A stretch of 64,000 nucleotides of DNA from Chlorokybus atmophyticus. Taxonomy: Eukaryota > Plantae > Mesostigma and Chlorokybus algae. A program made the position numbers and the translations under genes. Positions 1 to 11,500 of the stretch are shown in pieces. Position 1 is the stretch's first letter. The number at the start of each line of letters is the position of its first letter. The notes under the pieces were generated by a model, which searched no databases, was not told the origin of the DNA, and saw only the letters and a program-made list of their open reading frames with translations. The stretch is taken from positions 504,637 through 568,636 of the forward strand of contig RHPI01002438.1 of assembly GCA_009103225.1 (NCBI GenBank), read 5' to 3'.

Positions 1-2328
1 AGCTGGTTCAAGACCCAACGGAGTGCAAGCGCGATGAGATTTACACTTTCATGAACGGTACACCTCAAAAGCCGACAGAGCTGGCCAGCAATTACGGTAC
101 AAAGATAAATCCAGTCGTTTGGCTGCCTGCACTTGGCATCTTAGCTGACACTTACACGCATACGCTGTGTTGCCCACAACCAGAGCCTCTTGTTGACGAA
201 GTGCAAGTTGGAGAAAACATTGCCCTTGTTGATGGCACCGTCAACATGGAGGTACATTATGCAATGCTGTTCGCAGCACAGTACCACATGCTAGCGCATC
301 ACATGAAGACATGTGGTCATACAGATTGCATATGCACATGGTTGTGTGCGCACGTGCTGCAAGCATGCATTTAGTGTCACTCCTGCAGGTGATTGAGAAA
401 GGTGATGGTTACGTCAAAGCCAAAGTGACTGGGCCTGGCCCCATCAAGAGCAATCAGGGCATCAATCTGCCTAACACCACCTTGAGTGTGCCCTCGCTCA
501 CTGAGAAGGACATTATGAATGCTGAGTGGGCCTGCAAGCACGAGGTGGACTTCATCTCACTTAGCTTTGTCAGGACTGCGGATGACATCATCCAGCTCAA
601 GAAGTTCATCGCAGACCGGAAGTCACAGGCGTGGGTTATTGCCAAGGTAGGTGTGCACATGCACGCGCACACGTGCGCGCGCGCGCCTGCGCACATATGT
701 GAAGCTGTGCACGCACATTGCATCTTTAGCGCTGCACAACTTGTCATTCATTACTTCTAGATTGAGATGGCAAAGGCGGTAGAAAACTTGGAGGAGATTG
801 TCAAGGCCACCGATGGAATCATGGTGGCTCGCGGCGATCTTGGTGTTGAGATAGACATTGCACGCGTTCCAATCGTGCAGAAGCAGCTTGTCGGGCTGTG
901 CAGACGCTATGCCGTGCCCTGTATTGTTGCCACACAGATGCTCGACTCCATGACACACTCGCGCATTCCCACCCGTGCAGAGGTGAGTTCAAGGCATCAC
1001 ATTCCAGGTCGGTCATGTGGCTGACAAGTTCGGGCCATTATTTACTGAAGGAAAGGAGAAGCGTGTCAACGGCATGCTGTCACGGTCTGACTGCTTGCTC
1101 GGTCAAAATGACAAGTTTTAGCTTGCTGATGATAGGCGACAGATGTTGCTAATGCATGCCTTGATGGCACGGATGCGACCATGTTGTCTGGTGAGAGCGC
1201 GTCTGGTGCGTTTCCCGTGGAGAGTGTGGCGATGATGACACACATCCAGCTGCTTACAGAGCCGCTGCTCAAGGTACGTGAGAGGTGCAGGAGCTGACCG
1301 GCTGGTTGTTGATGTTTGTATAAAGGGATGTTGGCGTGAGGTGTACATGCTGTTGTCAGGAACAAGATCTGCCGCCACTTGTGCTTGGTGTTGGTGGAGT
1401 CAGCAACATCACCGCCGCTTGTGTACACGGTGCATCAAAGATTGCAAGGCAGTTAGGTGAGCTATTTGTATGGAACAGTGTACACAAGAACGTCGAGGGT
1501 GTTGGCTGCGTGCAACGCATGCGACACATAGCACACATGTCATAGCATAGCTGGTAGCTGCATGCTACCAGCTAGCGCAACATACGGCACAGGGCAGTGT
1601 CTCATCGCTGGCTTCCAGCATGTATCTCTCTTTGCACATGATACCACTACAAGTGAAGTGCATAGTGGTTTTTGCAAACAGTACAAACATGCTTTACGCT
1701 GAGATGCCCGTGTACTTCAGATGCCAAGCTCATTGTTGTGGCCACCGCCAGCGGTCATACAGCCATTCTGAAGGCCAAGCAGCACGATTTCATTCCAACC
1801 ATTGTCGTGAGCAAGAACCCTGGAGTCCTCCGCCAGTGCAACCTGTTGTGGGGAGTTGTGCCTCTAGAGGTGACAATACAACACACTACCACCCTGTCAT
1901 CACACAGCAGCAAACACGCATGCGCACTGAACCCAACTTTACCTCAGCAGTTTTTGCTCGAACTCAACAGTGCAGACTTGTCTATCAACTTGAATCTCTA
2001 ACCGGTTGTGGCTCATACGGCTTCGAACAGGGAGCCCCTGCTGATGACCCAGATGCATTGCAAGCGTTCATTGAAAAGTGGGGCCTGGAGGATGGGTGCT
2101 TGCAAAAGGGAGACTCGGTTGTGATGGTCAGCGGCAAAATGGGCTCAGTAAGTGGATATTCAATGCTGATTGTACTGTCAACAGAAGTTAAAGCTATCTG
2201 CACGCAAGGAACTGATGTTGCTGCTCCCCGCGCAGGGTATCCACAACGCGGTGCGCGTGCATGAGGTTGGTTCTGACTAGTTGACAACCGGCGTTATTGA
2301 AGGCCTTCGTGCAACCAGGTGCTGGTAA
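1..2328 (+). CDS. PK: Pyruvate kinase, multi-exon, 5' part outside window; last exon tentative
   Basis: Spliced exons give [54 protein letters not shown]...[27 protein letters not shown] and CNLLWGVVP, the standard PK motifs. GT-AG junctions are at 646/647, 760/761, 982/983, 1135/1136 and 1273/1274. Confidence 0.93.
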
Positions 2329-4339
2329 CCCATGTAACGTGCAACAGCTGTCCACCATCAAAGTGTGTATACATTGTTTTGTATAGGTATAGGTAAAGTT
2401 TTGCGGCTAGCCCAATTATCCCGCAATGTTTCCAACCTTGGCTGTCACTATACCACCGTTGCTGGAAAGTCGTGGTGACTTCTTGTTGTAAGAGAGTGGA
2501 ACACGCTCTACGTTAACGCTTGCTGTACTATTATGTACTCAAATGCCTTGAGTATGCTTTAGCAACCGGCAATGTGGTGACATAGACAAGTGATCAGCAG
2601 TTGTACTTGTAACCCGCTTTTGCACAATTGCATCTTTGATGACTCAGCATGCTTCATGGCAACTGCCAAAGGTCGGTGCACATATGACTAAAGCATAAAG
2701 CATAAAGCAAGTCATAGAAGCTTGGGTATACTTGGCCTATAGCCTATAGCCTATAGGCTTTAGGCCAAGATGCAGGCTCTTGTTAGCTATCCATATTCCG
2801 CCCAGTTTATCCTAATGTGAGGAAAACATATATAACATTGGTCATGGTCAGCCCAAACGACCGGTGTCCACCCCGGCATTGCCGCCACTGCTCCTCTCTT
2901 TATGGCTTGCGCACGCTGAAATGCACAGGCGACTTGCTAGTGGGCCAGGTGCACAAACCCCTCAGATTGCTGCGCATGATGTTCCGACTTTGCACCATGT
3001 CATGATGTAACGCGCACACATGCGCAGAATGTGCGGAAAGTCTTCCCCAAGCATGTCATGCGTCTCCATCGCCATCGGGTAGAGGGAGTCGTCGGGTGGG
3101 TGGCAAATTGTGTGGCATATGAGCGTACACCAGCATTAGTGTTGAGTGCACTATGCATCACCAGTCCCACATCCTATTGTTTGTAAACACACACACCGCG
3201 CCACACACGCACACGCATGCAGCCACTTGCACACAGACACAAACCAGATTAACCCCTCCCCAGCTGTAACCTCATAACAACACTTCAAACCTCATACATA
3301 GAAGGACCATCCATGTGCATTGCACACTGTAACACGTAATGCAACACAGGCAGAAGCAACAACATGCGATGTGGAATCAATGCAAGGAAAGGCTCCCCCC
3401 CATCTACAGCGGCGCAGAACAGAGGAGAGGAGTAGATAAAGATTATCATGTGTGAACGTTGTGTACCTTACAATATTGTGCTACTATATGCATGATATGA
3501 AAAGCTCATGTCAGCACATCATTACGACACACATGTTGTACACTTAATGTTCTTTTTTCTGACAAATGCCGTATGTATGCAATTACGCTTGTCTCTCACA
3601 TGTTCATATTAACATACAATTCATGTACGTGCATTTTTACGCATATGTGTACATGTAACACATTTATAAAGTCTCGTCATGACTTATATATGATTCAAAA
3701 TCACATTTGATTCATGACGAGTTTATAGTAGATTATGCATACATCATGTTGATGTAAAAATATTACGCTCATTGTAGACAAATGTGCTTGAAATCAAATT
3801 GAAGTCGCCGGATTGAACGCTGCAGATGTTGTGATAACATGTGTTTTAAACGTTATGGATAACCTATATATATGTTGTACACTCTTGAAAGGATGATGCT
3901 GAAAGTAATGCACTAATTCTAAAAATGTCAATTTCACACACTATAAATGTAGTGGTATCTACCAACTTCAAGACCCATTGAGAATGTGGAGTCCCCCCCC
4001 TCCCTCCCGTCCCTGCCCTTGTAAAATTGTAAACATGCGCCGCAGATTATTGCTCTCAGAAAGTATGACGTCATCAAGTACGCCGCGGGATACCCAACAC
4101 TGTAGGACCTTCCAGCACAGACGGAAACGCTTGCAGCAGCATTCGTGCGCAGCCTGCACGGCGGCGGCAGCAGCAGCGTCGGCGGCGGCGGCGGGGTGTT
4201 TAAGCCGCAGGCTTCTGGAGTCAGGGACGAAGGCCAGTTGTTGGCCAGTCGTACTGCTGCGGTCGGTTCTTGCCAAAAGGGACGGTATCCGGTGGAGGGC
4301 AGCGCAACCAGGCAACCCGGCAGGCTGGCGGCCGCCGCC

Positions 4340-6809
4340 ATGGAGTACAGGCTGCAGCAGCAGACCCCGGGCCAAGTGTAAGCTGCGGGTGTTGCGCATG
4401 GTTGACGTTTGGTGGTGTGCAGCGCTAAGCCTTGGTGTTGTTTGCTCTTGCGCTTTGCTGCAGCCCTGCCTCGTCGGGGCGTGCATGTGACATAGCTACC
4501 AACATGTTGCTCCGTCCTGGCAAATCTTGTTTGCAATCAATCCAGTTCTCAGTTGCACATGGTCAAGCATAAGGGACTTGAATTTGCTAAGCAGATAGAT
4601 TTGCTGGCTTAGTTGAGTCATAGTTTGTGGTATAGTAGCTTTGCTTCGCTGTGCATGCAGTTGAAGCTGGGTGGCTTGTGCAGACTATGTTGCCTGTGCG
4701 GGACGCCTATTGTTTCAAATCCGGCGAACATGTGCGTGCAGTGCATACGCACGCAGGTGGACATCACAGAGGGCATCAACAAACAGGTAGGTTGATTTGG
4801 TCTGCCTGTATGTGTTGCAGATTTAACCAAAGCAAGCTGTTGGCAAGGTAGTTACGCTGATATTCTGCCTACGTTACATGGCGTGTATTTGGAGTGTTTC
4901 GCCAATCTGCCAACATTTGCCAATTCGCCAAAGTCCTGCTTACTTCTTCGTTCGCCAAGCTGTTGTGGATTTCGCTGTTCCTTACTTGCGCACATCATGT
5001 GTGTGTAGGCTGTTGTGCTCAACTGTCAAGAGTGCAACCGATGGCATACACCACCAAAGGCTTGGCTCAAAGCTGAGCCCGAGAGCAAAGAGCTCCTCAC
5101 CTTGTGCTTGAAGAAGTTGAAAAACCTGAACAAGGTGAGCTACGAGCAGCTTCTCACTCTTGTGCATGTGCATGCTTGCGCATGTTTATGAGTAAAGCGT
5201 CAACTTTGGTACTAAATTGCAGGTCATGGTTGTGCATGTCGTGTTGTGCATGTGTTTGAAATAGTTGTTCTGGTTATCAGGTCAAGCTAGTGGATGCGGG
5301 TTTCATATGGACAGAGCCGCATTCAAAAAGGCTGAAAGTGAAGGTGACAATACAGAAAGAGATATTCAATGGGGCCATTGTACAGCAGGCGTTTGTCGTT
5401 GAGTATGTCGTGCAGAACAACCTGTGTGATATCTGTCAAAAAGCAGCCGCCAACTCGGACCAGTGGGTGGCCGCAGTGCAGGTATCGCCGATATGATGCT
5501 GGCTATGTTGGCCTTGTTGGTGATGCAAAACTGCTGCGTGCAGCAATTTTTCTGTAACGTGCTTCAAAGACATTAATTATGTATCTGTGGTGCAGGTCCG
5601 GCAAAAGGTTGAGCACAAAAGGACATTTCTGTTCTTAGAGCAGATCATTCTGAAGCACGCAGCTGACGCTTTCACGGTCAACATCAAGGAGATGCATGAT
5701 GGCGTGGATTTCTTCTACGCGAACCGCAGCCACGCCATGAAGTTTGTGGAGTTTCTCAACGCTGTTGTGCCGGTCAAATCGCGCCATGACAAGCAGCTCA
5801 TCTCTCACGACTCGCACTCCAACACGTACAACTACAAGTACACCTTTTCTGTTGAGATTGTGCCGGTAAGTGAACATCTTATGTTTGCCCTGTTGGTTGG
5901 CAATTGTGCACTGACTTCTTCTGACTGTGTAGTGTTGTTGACGTGGCATGTTTGTGACAGGTTTGTAAAGACGACTTGGTTTGCCTTTCAGCTAGAGTGT
6001 CGGCGGCGCTGGGTAACATCGGGCAGCTGTTGCTTGTGACAAGGGTGTCGAACGCGCTGCTGGTATTGAACCCGCGCACGCTGCGCACGGCGTATGTCGA
6101 TGCGACTACATACTGGCGTTATCCTTTCCGCCCGCTGATGACGAGCAGGCAACTCATTGAGTACGTCGTGCTGGACATTGAGCCGATGGACACGGTTGTG
6201 ACGGCGGGATCAATGAAGTACGCTCTAGCGGAGGCCACTGTTGCGCGCGCATCGGACTTTGGCGTGAACGACACACAGTTCATCGCCAGGACGCACCTCG
6301 GACACCTGCTGAAGCCTGGCGACCTTGCCATGGGCTATGATGTGGCCGGCATCAACTCCAACGACGAGGAGTTTGAGAAGGTTCTCGCCAAGTCCGCCGG
6401 CGACCTCCCTGACGTTGTCCTTGTCAAAAAGAGCTACGAGGAGAGCCGCAAGAAGAACCGCGGGCGCAGGCGGCGCGCGTGGCGCCTCAAGCGCCTCAAT
6501 GCCGAGCAGGCGGATGTTCCCATGAAGGGCGAGGCCGACAAAGACCAGAACGACTATGAGAAGTTCCTGGAAGAGCTCGAGGAGGATCCGGACATGCGTT
6601 CCAGGATCGCACTGTACAAGGACCCTGAAGCTGTCGCCGCCGCACAGCAGCAGCAGCAGAAACAGCCACAGCAGCAGCCGCCGCCTCAAGCGGATGAGGG
6701 TGATGCTGAGCCCTTGCCTGAGGTGCCCCTGGAAGAGCTTCTGGATGCGATGACGCTGGCTGAGGATGGCGAAGACGATGATGATGATGTTGAGAGCATG
6801 GACACCTGA
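4340..6809 (+). CDS. NMD3: 60S ribosomal export adaptor NMD3, multi-exon
   Basis: ATG 4340 exon MEYRLQQQTPGQ splices in frame to VLCCLCGTPIVSNPANMCVQCIRTQVDITEGI. Later exons give DAGFIWTEPHSKRLKVKVTIQKE, QVRQKVEHKRTFLFLEQIILKH, HDSHSNTYNYKYTFSVEIVP and FLEELEEDPDMRSRIALY. Stop at 6807-6809. Confidence 0.95.
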
Positions 6810-8161
6810 GCAGCGGCAGAAAGAGTTTGATGCTGTTATTGCCGCGTGGTACCATCTCGGTACCTGGGCAATGACTTCGTATAGGGTGGGGCTGCCCGGC
6901 TTGGTCGTCGGCGTGTTGGCGTGCTGTTGCGTGCAACCTCAGCTGGCTGCTTGAGGTGTACCGCAGAGTGCACCACTACTTCGCAACAGAGGTCTGCTCC
7001 TCAGTGCCACACATGTCCTATTGTGGAGGCCGGTGAAGCCACTTGGTGTCATTGAGCACATGTTGTGCTGATGACGAGCTGCCGGAATATTGCCTTTGCC
7101 ATTGGCAAGGAGCTGTACCACTTTGCCCACCATCTGCACGCGGTACCAATGAGCACCGGCTAGCGTTACTGCATCTCTCTTCCTGATTGTCGCAGGCTGG
7201 CTTGCAGGGAGTGTTCAGGATGCCTGGGCTTGAGGATTGTCATGTTTAGCTGCCATCAGAGTTTCTTGGATTGCTGATCAGCATCGTGTGGGTCTCAGGC
7301 CGTAGCAGCTTAGCATACCATGCATTGTGCAGAGATAGTCCATCTCGCTGTCATGGCCGCGTCCTACCTAGTGTCTGACTGATGGCGTCGTCAATTGATT
7401 GAGAGAACAGATGCATTCTACACTGTGTAGTGGCTCGGTAAACCACTGTTTCCACTTTTACCCAATACTCAGCTGCAGAGTAGGTGGAAGTTTACTCTGC
7501 TGATGGCAAGGGTACCTTGCCTGTTAGGGCCTCATTGTGCAATGCTTGTGTTGGTTGGTGACGATGTGCTTGTGAGTCCGCCGGTCACTCAGTTGTGCTG
7601 TGAATAGCATATCATACTGTTGCAACAACATGAAACCACAGAACGAGCAGTGCGCCGCAGCAATAACACATGCTTTCATGATGGATCGTTGCATTGATAG
7701 CATCAACAGCAGCTACAACCAGCAAACCTACGCCAAGCAGCTACAGTTACAGCTACAACTACAAACCAAGTTGATGGTACAATTCCTCGAGAATCCTGTC
7801 AAATGAGCCCGTAATCACACAGGCTGTGCTGCAATGAAAGTAGCCTGCAATTAGCACATGCATACTGTTTCAACATCACAAACCAGCTTCAGCTGCAGGA
7901 GGCACTCACCTCTCCCATCGTTAATGTTGCTTGCAGTTTTTGCATGCGCGTGCTTGCATAATCATTGATCACCTGGGAGCTACCCTGACATTGCTTTTGC
8001 TGCACATAGCCAGAAATAGCATGGGCTTAGGGTTTTTCTTATCGTCACCTGTCGTTAGCAAGGATATCGCATTGCATATGAAAACTGGTAGTCGACCAAC
8101 TGTAATCAAGCATACTGTATCTTGCTATAACTCACATCTTGCAGTCACATTCGCCTTTCTC

Positions 8162-8316
8162 GTTTGACACCTGGCACGCACAGAGCTCATCATCACCCCT
8201 GCCCAGCCATTACGCCCAATCACTTACGGGCACACTTGTTTGACACCTGGCACGCACAGAGCTCATCATCACCCCTGCCCAGCCATCACGCCCACTCACT
8301 TACGGGCACACTTGTT
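8162..8316. repeat. 76-bp tandem duplication (2 copies, 2 mismatches seen)
   Basis: GTTTGACACCTGGCACGCACAGAGCTCATCATCACCCCTGCCCAGCCA... begins at 8162 and again at 8238. Confidence 0.9.
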
Positions 8317-8668
8317 GAAAAAGGGTAGGTGCCGCTCTAGTACTGTACTTACCATGTTGAAGACTCTGATGCGTTGAGTTGGGCTCTTGCTCGTTAGGTT
8401 TGTGCTGTCCACCGCTCGACTCCAAAGTATTGGATTCATGGCTTCCTTCAATGGCTGCTGCATCAAAGGCCTGTTCACTGATTACGTCAGTGTAGACATC
8501 AGCATGATGGCTTGCGCACAAGCCAGTAGAGTTGCACGTATACCCACGCACACGCACATGCTTGTGACAGTATGTAACCTGTGTGATGTGCAGCACTCAG
8601 CGAAGGTCACCTGCTGTGGTTGCAAATGTTGCTCATTGTGAGTGGCTGAGGTGACTACAGTGGCATCG

Positions 8669-11072
8669 CTAATGCCTTGAGAAGGGAAAGACGCACCCGT
8701 CACCCTGCCACTTGTTGTGGTTGATGTTGGCAGCGTCGGTGTAGCGATTGGGACAGTTGTGGTTGCCGCAGAGGTAGCAAAGGGTGGCATCGGACTTGTG
8801 CTTAGTCTGAAACCCAAGCCCCTGTGCGGAAAGTCCTTGAATCGCTCTGTCAAGCTTGGCAGGTGAGGAAGCAGAAGTGCCAACTGAGCCCGAGGCAGGC
8901 TCAGTTGCTGCTGAGGGTGGCGGTGCGCTTTGAAACAGACTTGCAATGGTTAGCGTTGATGCGGGTGTCCTTAACAAAGGTGGATTTGACGTTTTGGTGG
9001 GTGCTGAATTCGTCAAGGGAGGAGTGCTTGGAAAACTGAAACTGAAGCTTTGGGCAACTGTTGAGACTGATGGAGCTATGCTGGGACAAGACGCCGTCGA
9101 TGCGGGAGAAGGGCTGGTGTTGAACCCGAAGGGCTGCGTGCCCTGTAAGGCACTTGACCCAAACTTTGGACTTGGCACTGGTGCGCTGAAAACTGGCATC
9201 GACTGTGGCATAAAAGCAGCAACAGTTGAGCCCGATTTTGATGGAGAAACAGGTATGCCGAACACTGTGGGCGCAGGTGCATGCGAAGGTGTGGCTTTCG
9301 AGGCTGCAACTAAGTCTGCAAGAGTGCTGCTTCCGAACGCTCCAAATCCGTTAGGTGGAGAACTGGTTGGGAGCGGTGCACTAGTGGTTGTGGTTGCATC
9401 AGACACCTTGATAGCTGGATTGGTGGCTAGACCAGCGGGCAGCGTAGTAGTGGTGGATATACTAGGAGTAGTAAAAGTGGCATTGATGGTCGAGGTCTGA
9501 GACGTCGCATCAGGGTCATTAGTAGTGGACATGGTTGCTGGGCTGATGGCAGGTGCAGTAGTACTGATAGTGCTTGAGGTGAGACCGGTAGTGGCAGTAG
9601 TAGGGATGGTGTTGGTGGATGCACTGCCTGATACGGCTGTACCAGTTGGAGCTCGAGGGCCGAACTGGCTAACAGTTGCAGGAGGTGTCGCAGCAGTGTT
9701 GTGTGGTGTTGTCAATATAGTGGTTGTTGCTGATGGTGTTGTTGTAGTGGTTGTGGTTGTTACTGGTGACGATGTGGTAGTAGTGGTCGTGGTGGTACTT
9801 GTAGTCGTTGTTGTTGTGATTGTACCAACGCTGGTAATGGTTGTGGTAGTCGTTGTAGTAGTAGAAACAGGCGCACTTGCAGGAGCATGGGTGGGCAAGG
9901 AGCTGGCGAGGATTACTGGGGTTGGCATAACCGGCTGAATGTTGTTGAACCAAGAGGGCGTTGGTGGAACCTGAAAAATGGGCACTCCAAACACATCTGC
10001 AGCAACCATGCCAGGGCTAACCACACATGTACATGAAACAGCATCTCATCTGATCAACAGCAAACGTACTGCGTGCAGCTTGCCAGTCCTCCCAGCGCAC
10101 TTCCTCAACGGACTTGTTGACGTATTGAGGCATTGCCGAGATGGACACATGTCGCCCCCACGCTGCCTGTGAACCATTATCATACACCTGCAATGAAGTA
10201 TCCACCAGGAATGGTCAGGGATCCCTGCCATACCATTTAAAACTATGATTGTTGGAAGCAACCATGGCACAACAAAAAACAGTGTGTGGCGAGCGTACCC
10301 ATGTCTCTGTGTAAGGCGTTCCACGTGTCCCACTCGGCTGCCAAGTGCTGGCTTGAGCAAAGTTGGTGGCGCCGCAACCTGTGCCAATAGAAAGCGACTT
10401 GGACTATGCATGTGCGTACATGCGTACTGAAACATTCGTTGCACAGGACAGCTGCACGGCAAAGCCTCTGGACTGTAGTGCTGCTGATCTGCTGTAACTG
10501 ACCGACCATACATGCACAAGTGCAACTCACCCTGCTGCATAGATGGCGGAGCGCTAAAGCAGAGCTGAGTGAACTAAAGCTAAACATGGATGTTGTCGCT
10601 GTTGCAGAAAGATTCGGGGTGCTGGCGGGCGTGGCAAATGTTGCCGTCACAGTTTCAATAAGACGGCTCTTGCATGAAGGCAAAGTCATACGTGGCAACC
10701 AGCTGGACCCAATTCACATCTAAATGCGCATAACATAAGACCATAGCAACCACAGTGGCTATGCGCTTGTGTTACCGATCCATAGCACTTTCCTGGGTAC
10801 ACGACAAGCATGAAGCATACGCACTGCATGACACACGCATATCACATTGTTGCCATCAGCATTTGCACGCATTGGTTCTTGCGCATCAAGCCAACTACCT
10901 GGTCGTTGCATGTCAGTACAACAACCAGTTGGTCCGCTACATGCAAACAGTTCAAGAAGTAATGCGGGTGCCACAACGGCCATGGCGCCCAAGCACAGCA
11001 CGAGCACACTTGAACGGCTAGCTCACCACAACTCTGGCCAGCAGGAGCAGGAGGGGGCGCCCAAGAGCTCAT
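8669..11072 (-). CDS. Nucleoporin-like protein: Nup98-type GLEBS motif, long S/T/P-rich sparse-FG region, Cys/His-rich C-terminus
   Basis: Exon ~10180-10070 encodes RHVSISAMPQYVNKSVEEVRWEDWQAA, resembling the Rae1/Gle2-binding GLEBS motif. It splices in phase (acceptor GTTGCTGCAG, exon starting 9996) to a long exon ending at stop 8669. Putative start MSSWAPPP at 11072; intermediate small exons uncertain. Confidence 0.65.
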
Positions 11073-11500
11073 CGCTGCTACCAGCGCAGGCCCTGATCCT
11101 CGACTACTACAACCCTCCACTCTGCCGCCTCCCAATGCACTGGCTGCCCGTTGCTGTAGCTGTCTACACAACGCAGCTTGCTGAGAGCGCAGCGAATGCA
11201 GTTAGGTGGGCAGCTCAACTTAATCCCGGTCACGACTGCGGTTGACGGCGTCAACCCAACGATACGTTTGCAGCGGGAGCCGTTAAACAACAACTCTTGC
11301 GCGAGCGCGACTTTAACTACAGACTGTAGACTGCAGTACAGAAGGTGCGACGGCATTGCTGTGCGCGCAGTTACAACTTCAGTTAAGGCGGACAAAATAA
11401 CCCGGTTGTAACGGCGCCAGGGTAGGGAGGCAAGTTATAGCTATAGTTCTGGCTAGTTTCATCGCCGCCGTCGTCGCCGCCGTCGCCGCGGCTGGCCAGG

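Noticed and set aside
1548-1574. 11-bp intronic hairpin TAGCTGGTAGC/GCTACCAGCTA
   Set aside because: Short and made of AGCT/CTAG-rich words frequent in this genome; no supporting context.
3934-4536. Overlapping 170-200 aa ORFs on both strands
   Set aside because: GC-rich promoter/5' UTR and first exon of NMD3; no recognisable domain.
8946-9938. Val/Gly-rich plus-strand ORFs resembling membrane proteins
   Set aside because: Antisense shadows of the Thr-rich minus-strand exon.
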